Assembly: GCA_964461615.1 (NCBI GenBank)
Contig: CAYWWC010000001.1
Span: 1 to 58,231 of the forward strand
Direction: 5' to 3'
DNA length: 58,231 bases
Source: an uncultured Anaerolineae bacterium
Lineage (GTDB): Bacteria > Chloroflexota > Anaerolineae > VGOG01
A model generated the notes under the pieces. It did not search any database. It was given only the letters and a program-made list of their open reading frames with translations, and had not been told where the DNA came from. Position numbers and translations under genes: made by a program. Positions 53,406 through 58,231 of the stretch are shown in pieces (positions within the stretch are counted from its first letter, which is position 1; each line of letters opens with the position of its first letter).

Positions 53406-54743
53406 TTAGAACTCTGTCGCGCCGGTGAACTCGAATTCGGCCAGCTTCAGGGCCGGAGTGCGGGCGCCGCCGAACCAGCTCTGTTGCAGCCTGGTCTCGC
53501 GGCTCACTGCCTCCACGTTGGCCAGCGCCTCCAAATAGCTCTGGGTGAAGCGGAGGTTCTTGATGGGATAGGCAATCTCGCCCTTCTCGACCAGGAAGGT
53601 TCCATCGCGGGTCATGCCGGTGATAATGACCAGTTTGGGATGGACAGGGCGAGTATAGTGGAAGCGAGTCACCCAGACGCCCCGATCCAGCGAAGCCAGC
53701 ATCTCCTCTTTGCTCGTCTCACCAGGCGCCATGAAGGTATGGGCGGGAATGGGGCCGAAGGTGTTGGGTGAAGGCAGTCCGTGCCCGGTGGAAGCCTTCC
53801 CCTCTTTGCCAGCGGTGTAGGAATCGTACACCACTGCTTCGGCCACGCCTTCTTTGATCAGATCAACTCGCTGCCTCGGTACGCCCTCGAAGTCGAAGGG
53901 CATGGGCAAGCCCGTGGGGTCAAGGCCGTCATCCCAAATGGAGATGGCCTCGCTCACGATCTTTTTCCCGAAATTGTCTATCATGAAGCTGCGCCCCTCC
54001 TGCACGGACAAAGCGCCGAAGCCCAGGTAGGCAAACATGCTCATGAAGTCAGCTACGGCGTATTCTTCCAACACAACCGGGTAACGGCCCGGCGGCAGCT
54101 CTCTGGGGTTGCGACTCCGAAGAGCCTTCTCCACCGCCTCGCGGCTCATCGCCTCAGTGTTGATGTCCCCCACTTTCCAGGCTGTGGCCTCAGCAAAGCC
54201 AGAGCTATCGTCGCTCATGATCACAGTGTTGATGTCGGCCGAGGTGGTGGCGTGGTAAGCGAAGACGCCCAGGGAGTTGGCCACCACCAACTCGCTAGCG
54301 CCAGTGGTGAAGGCTCCCGAAGCGATCAGCCCGTTGTCTACAGCCTGCCGGCAGATCACGCCCACGGCCTTGGCCCGAGCCTCTGGGCTGAAGGCTGCCG
54401 TGGCTTCGTCGAAAGCCTCGACCTCTGCAATGGGCGCCGGACTGGGCAGCGATATGAAGTCGGGGTTATCGGGCTGGAGCTTGGCTATAGTCACGGACCT
54501 CTCCACCACCCTTTCTAAAGCCTCCTGGCTCAGGTCGTTGATGGAAGCCACCCCGATCTTCTTGCCCACCACGGTCCGCACCCTGAGACCCACATCTCGC
54601 TCGGCTACATTCTGGTGGATATAAGAACTCGCAAATCGCGTCAGTCCGCTGTCCTCGCTCATGATAATCACTTCCGTCTGGTCAGCAGTGGACAGGGACA
54701 GGACTCGCTTGGCAATCTCGTGCATCTTCTTTCTACCTAACAT
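53406..54743 (-). CDS. pmbA: PmbA/TldE-family metalloprotease subunit
   Basis: 445 aa with ATG after AAAGGAG. It shows the TldD/PmbA fold pattern (SSYIHQNV, GVASINDL) and is adjacent to tldD. Confidence 0.85.
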   Translation of the reverse strand: MLGRKKMHEIAKRVLSLSTADQTEVIIMSEDSGLTRFASSYIHQNVAERDVGLRVRTVVGKKIGVASINDLSQEALERVVERSVTIAKLQPDNPDFISLPSPAPIAEVEAFDEATAAFSPEARAKAVGVICRQAVDNGLIASGAFTTGASELVVANSLGVFAYHATTSADINTVIMSDDSSGFAEATAWKVGDINTEAMSREAVEKALRSRNPRELPPGRYPVVLEEYAVADFMSMFAYLGFGALSVQEGRSFMIDNFGKKIVSEAISIWDDGLDPTGLPMPFDFEGVPRQRVDLIKEGVAEAVVYDSYTAGKEGKASTGHGLPSPNTFGPIPAHTFMAPGETSKEEMLASLDRGVWVTRFHYTRPVHPKLVIITGMTRDGTFLVEKGEIAYPIKNLRFTQSYLEALANVEAVSRETRLQQSWFGGARTPALKLAEFEFTGATEF

Positions 54744-54806
54744 TGTTGCTCCTTTCGTTGGAAGTTGGAGGTTAGAAGTTAGAGCTTTAAGATTTGAGCT
54801 TTGCCC

Positions 54807-56249
54807 CTACCTCATCACTCCCACCTGCACGTTCCTGAAGCGGGCGGGAGCAGTGCCGTGGCCCACGTGCGCGCTCTGTGAGGGCTGGCCTTTGCCGCAG
54901 TTGGGCGTACCCCACACGTTCCAATGCTTCTCGTTGCAGATGGCATCGCAAGCGGCCCAGAATCGCGGGGTGATGTCGGTATAGGTGGCGTTCTTGTACA
55001 GTTGCCCCAGCTTGCCGTTTGTGATCTGGTAGGCTATCTCGGTACCGAACTGGAAGTTGAGGCGCTTGTCGTCAATGCTCCAGCTCTTGTTCATCTCCAT
55101 GTAGATGCCATCATCGGTGTCGGCGATGAGGTCGTCGAAGTCCCATTTCCCTGGCTCCAGATTGATGTTGGTCATGCGGATGATGGGGATGCGGTTCCAG
55201 CCATCGGCCCGCATGCAGCCATTGCTCTCCTGCCCAATCATGGCCGCTGTCTCCCGCGAGGTTAGGTAGCCGACAAACATGCCGTCCTGCACGATGGACA
55301 CTCGTTGGGCCGGCACCCCCTCATCGTCGTAAGCGAAGGTGCCCAGCCCGCCGGGGATGGTAGCGTCGGCGTTGATGTTGACGATCTCCGAGCCGTAGCG
55401 GAACGCCCCCAGCTTCTCCGTGGTCAGGAAGCTGGTGCCGGCATAGCTGGCCTCGGTGCCGAAGACCCGATCCAGCTCGATGGGATGGCCACAGGACTCG
55501 TGCACCTGCAGGGCCAACTGGGTAGCTCCCAGGATGATGGTGGTCACCAGGCTCGGACACTGGGGAGCCGTGAGCAGCGCCACCGCCTCCTCACCCACTC
55601 GCCGAGCGTTGCCTGCGAGGTCCATCTCCTCGATGAGCTCGTAGCCAGCCGTACCCTGGTGGCGGCCGAAGGAGTTGGGATAGCTTCTCTTCTGGACATC
55701 ACCCTCGCCGACAGCCGTAGCCTCCAGGCCGCCCCCGCTCTCGATGATCTCCTGCTCGATGAAAGAGCCTTCGGAGCTGGCGAAAACCTTGCGCTCGCGT
55801 ATAAATCGGAGATTGGACTGCGCCACCGCTACCCCTTTGGCCAGCCTCATCTCAGCATCGGCAGCCATGAGCAAACCGATTTTCTTTTCCATGGACACCT
55901 GAAAGGGATCAATCTGGACGGGCGTGCGGTAGGTGTCCGTGTGGACGATGGGAGGGCCAATGTCTACCTCCTGGGTTTTGACCAGAGCGCTGGCCCTGGC
56001 TATCTCAGCGGCGAGGGCAGTGACCCGCTCAACTTCTTCCAGTGAAAGAAGAGAGCTAGAAGCAAAACCCCAGGCTCCGTTGAGAATGACCCGCACACCA
56101 AAGCCCTGGTTCTCGTCCTGGGAGAGGCCCTCCACCTTCCCGTTCTTGACCACGATGCCTTGGTTCTCTCGGCGCACGATACGGATGTCGGCGTAAGTAG
56201 CGCCTTTGACCTCGGCCACGTTCAAAGCCCGATCAGTGAGTTCTCGCAA
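54807..56249 (-). CDS. tldD: TldD metalloprotease
   Basis: 480 aa with TTG start 6 nt after AAGGAGG. The HESCGHPIELD (HExxxH) active-site motif is present. Confidence 0.9.
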   Translation of the reverse strand: MRELTDRALNVAEVKGATYADIRIVRRENQGIVVKNGKVEGLSQDENQGFGVRVILNGAWGFASSSLLSLEEVERVTALAAEIARASALVKTQEVDIGPPIVHTDTYRTPVQIDPFQVSMEKKIGLLMAADAEMRLAKGVAVAQSNLRFIRERKVFASSEGSFIEQEIIESGGGLEATAVGEGDVQKRSYPNSFGRHQGTAGYELIEEMDLAGNARRVGEEAVALLTAPQCPSLVTTIILGATQLALQVHESCGHPIELDRVFGTEASYAGTSFLTTEKLGAFRYGSEIVNINADATIPGGLGTFAYDDEGVPAQRVSIVQDGMFVGYLTSRETAAMIGQESNGCMRADGWNRIPIIRMTNINLEPGKWDFDDLIADTDDGIYMEMNKSWSIDDKRLNFQFGTEIAYQITNGKLGQLYKNATYTDITPRFWAACDAICNEKHWNVWGTPNCGKGQPSQSAHVGHGTAPARFRNVQVGVMR

Positions 56250-56375
56250 TGCAATCCTCCTTTGATTGAATTATCGTTATAGAACACGGATGGGCAGGAT
56301 CAGCGAATTCGCCTTTAGTCCAGGTCACTTGATCCGTTAATCCCCCTGTCCGTTAAATCCTTCCGTCCGTTGTTC

Positions 56376-56404
56376 TTGACCAAATCCTGAAACAGGAGTA
56401 CAAT
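56376..56404 (+). promoter_or_regulatory. Sigma-70-like promoter for the FmdB-family gene
   Basis: TTGACC (56376-56381), a 17-nt spacer, then TACAAT (56399-56404). Confidence 0.5.
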
Positions 56405-56438
56405 ACCCTTGAGAGCAATTCTGAGAAGGTGAACAGCC

Positions 56439-56678
56439 ATGCCACTGTATGAATATTACTGTACCGATTGTGAGATCAAATTTGAGGCCCTGCGAGGGAT
56501 GAGCCAGGCCGACAGCGCCATTGCCTGTGCGCGCTGCGAGGGAATGAGTACCTCTCGCGCCATCTCCTTATTTGCCGCCATCAGCAAGGGGAACGGCGGC
56601 GAAAGTCGGTCTCTTGGCGGCGCCAGCGGTTGCGCCAGTTGCAGCGCAACCAGTTGCGCAACCTGTAGCGGGGGGTGA
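56439..56678 (+). CDS. FmdB-family zinc-ribbon protein
   Basis: MPLYEYYCTDCEIKFE....CARCEG shows the canonical FmdB CxxC..CxxC pattern, with a Cys/Ser/Gly-rich tail. Confidence 0.85.
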   Translation: MPLYEYYCTDCEIKFEALRGMSQADSAIACARCEGMSTSRAISLFAAISKGNGGESRSLGGASGCASCSATSCATCSGG

Positions 56679-56783
56679 GTTTGGCCCTGCCTTCAGCCAA
56701 GGTCAGGCGGCTGCTGATGACTCCGGTGAGCGCCGTTTCGACAGGCGGTTGGTGAGCCCGTCGAAACACAACACAGGCTTTCC

Positions 56784-57458
56784 TTATTCTGCCGGGGAAG
56801 CGTAAACAAATTCGATATCCCCTCTGTACACGGGCAAGGTCATTCTCTCGCGCTTGATCACGCTCGCGGCCAAGCCATCGTAGCTGCGCTCCAGAGTATC
56901 AATGAGCCCCCCGCTCCTGAGCACGGCCGTCTCCATGGTCCCAGGTTGACCAATAGCCTGCAAGACATAGGGCCGCGAAAGCTTCACCCCATTGATGGTC
57001 ATCCCTCTATCTTCAGCGCCGGCAATTGCCGAGTAGAGGGTCAGCCGCTCCTCGTTGATGGTCAAAGCCTCCGCTCCGGCATTCCGCAGTTCGTTGATCA
57101 GGTCCTGCACATCCAGGACGCCGATAGGCCCATCAAGGCTTACCTCGATCCCCGCCCCTGAGACTTCCACCAGCCCATTGATGATCCTGACCTTGTTCAG
57201 TTCCTCCACTAAAGTTTCCAGCACCGCCCCTCCGGTGGCCCGTTGATATTCGTTGAGTTGTTCTTCCAGCGTCTCCATCTCTTCACGCAGGTGGGTGTTG
57301 TTCTCCACCAGGTTGCTGATGATAACCAACTGATCGGCACTCGAACCGGACAGGAGAGAGCTATCGGTCATCCGCTGAATACGAAATTGGGCCACCAGCA
57401 ACAGGCCCAAGATGAAACAGATTATGGTCAACGATAACTGTGCGGAACGACTCTTCAT
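56784..57458 (-). CDS. DUF881-family membrane protein (cell-division cluster type)
   Basis: An N-terminal TM helix and coiled coil are followed by GAGIEVSLDG...VQDLINELRNAGAEALTINEERL...INGVKLSRPYVLQAIG. Confidence 0.8.
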   Translation of the reverse strand: MKSRSAQLSLTIICFILGLLLVAQFRIQRMTDSSLLSGSSADQLVIISNLVENNTHLREEMETLEEQLNEYQRATGGAVLETLVEELNKVRIINGLVEVSGAGIEVSLDGPIGVLDVQDLINELRNAGAEALTINEERLTLYSAIAGAEDRGMTINGVKLSRPYVLQAIGQPGTMETAVLRSGGLIDTLERSYDGLAASVIKRERMTLPVYRGDIEFVYASPAE

Positions 57459-57485
57459 AGCCCTAATCTTCTCGTTACTTGTCCT

Positions 57486-58217
57486 TCAATCTCCCAACTG
57501 AGCATAGTGGGTGGGGAAGCCCCCCTTGTAAGCGGGAAGGGTGAGCGTCCCTATCCTATTCACATCGAACTGCACGCCGTAGAGATCAACTCTTTGCTTG
57601 ATCCCTTCCATGTAAGCAGGATTGCGCAAAACATCCTCCTGCGTGATGGAGTTGCCGATGGCTTGGATCAGATAGGGGGGAGAAAGGCGGGTATCGTTTA
57701 CCATGACCGTGCTACCTACGCAATAGATAGAACTGGTAGCTACGATTCGCTCATCGTTGACGGCGATGGCCTCAGAGCCGGCCAGCCACAGGAGGTTAAC
57801 CACATCGCGCAGGTCGTACTCGTGGATGAGGTACTCATTGGAGTCCGCCGCCCCCGACCGGATGCCGCTATCATCGAGAATCACCTGGACGCCGGGCCCC
57901 TCGACAACCAGCAGCCCGGCCATCATTTTCTGCCGTTCCAGCTTGGTGTTTATCTCTTTCAACATCTCTGTGTTAGCGGCCAACTCCCGGCGATACTCGT
58001 CCAATGCCTCCCGCATCCGCCCGATGTTTTCCTTGAGCTCTCCCTGCTCTGCTTCCAGGCGAGTGATAGCTAGAAGCCCTGACTTGTGCTCAAAGCCTGG
58101 TACTGCCGTAGACCTCGCTGGAGGCGATTTCCATTGCAGGCCCAATAAGACGCCGAAGATCAGGGCGATCATTATGGTGGGGATGTAGCGGGCGATACCG
58201 TCGAGCTTGAATTTCAT
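57486..58217 (-). CDS. DUF881-family membrane protein (paralogue of the previous gene)
   Basis: Same architecture: GPGVQVILDD...LRDVVNLLWLAGSEAIAVNDERI...VNDTRLSPPYLIQAIG. Confidence 0.8.
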   Translation of the reverse strand: MKFKLDGIARYIPTIMIALIFGVLLGLQWKSPPARSTAVPGFEHKSGLLAITRLEAEQGELKENIGRMREALDEYRRELAANTEMLKEINTKLERQKMMAGLLVVEGPGVQVILDDSGIRSGAADSNEYLIHEYDLRDVVNLLWLAGSEAIAVNDERIVATSSIYCVGSTVMVNDTRLSPPYLIQAIGNSITQEDVLRNPAYMEGIKQRVDLYGVQFDVNRIGTLTLPAYKGGFPTHYAQLGD

Positions 58218-58231
58218 GGATAGTACCTAGA

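Noticed and set aside
1-58231. Scan of intergenic regions for tRNA, rRNA or other known RNA genes.
   Set aside because: No T-loop GGTTCGAATCC-type boxes, cloverleaf-sized structured segments or rRNA-like stretches were seen. Intergenic structure is explained by REP-like hairpins and terminators.

Overview
This is a 58.2-kb, high-GC, gene-dense chromosomal window. Long genes run on the + strand up to about 47.5 kb and on the - strand after that. The content includes giant beta-helix, S8-DUF11 and FG-GAP surface proteins joined by Thr/Pro linkers, GT39+GT2+GH envelope-glycan genes, RNase J, a CspA-family protein, DarA, TldD/PmbA and a DUF881 pair. Together with the many GC-rich REP-like hairpins, this suggests a filamentous Chloroflexota-like organism, which is an inference I cannot test here. 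I saw no rRNA, tRNA or CRISPR array. Six things stand out. (1) A peptide cassette at 44130-44510 holds a 13-aa micro-ORF plus a signal-peptide protein built from eight tandem copies of the nonapeptide GIIEGDFSA. All DNA differences between units are synonymous, and the cassette lies downstream of a wHTH-BTAD-AAA-TPR regulator. (2) A radical SAM/SPASM enzyme with a fused PqqD-like RRE (36704-38092) sits in an apparent operon with a secreted Thr/Pro-stalk protein, a coiled-coil protein and a membrane zinc-ribbon protein. (3) A Y-x-h-aromatic-L-P-[LI]-h-h-[KRH] motif recurs at or near the C-terminus of six unrelated secreted proteins. (4) A membrane protein ends in a (CHSA)n Cys/His tail. (5) An AT-richer EcoRV-family restriction-modification cassette abuts a 5'-truncated beta-helix gene. 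(6) Several REP/MITE-like repeat families are inserted in frame inside coding genes, and one insertion can be dated by comparing two paralogous modules. Many long antisense or alternate-frame ORFs in the track are high-GC artefacts and are rejected.
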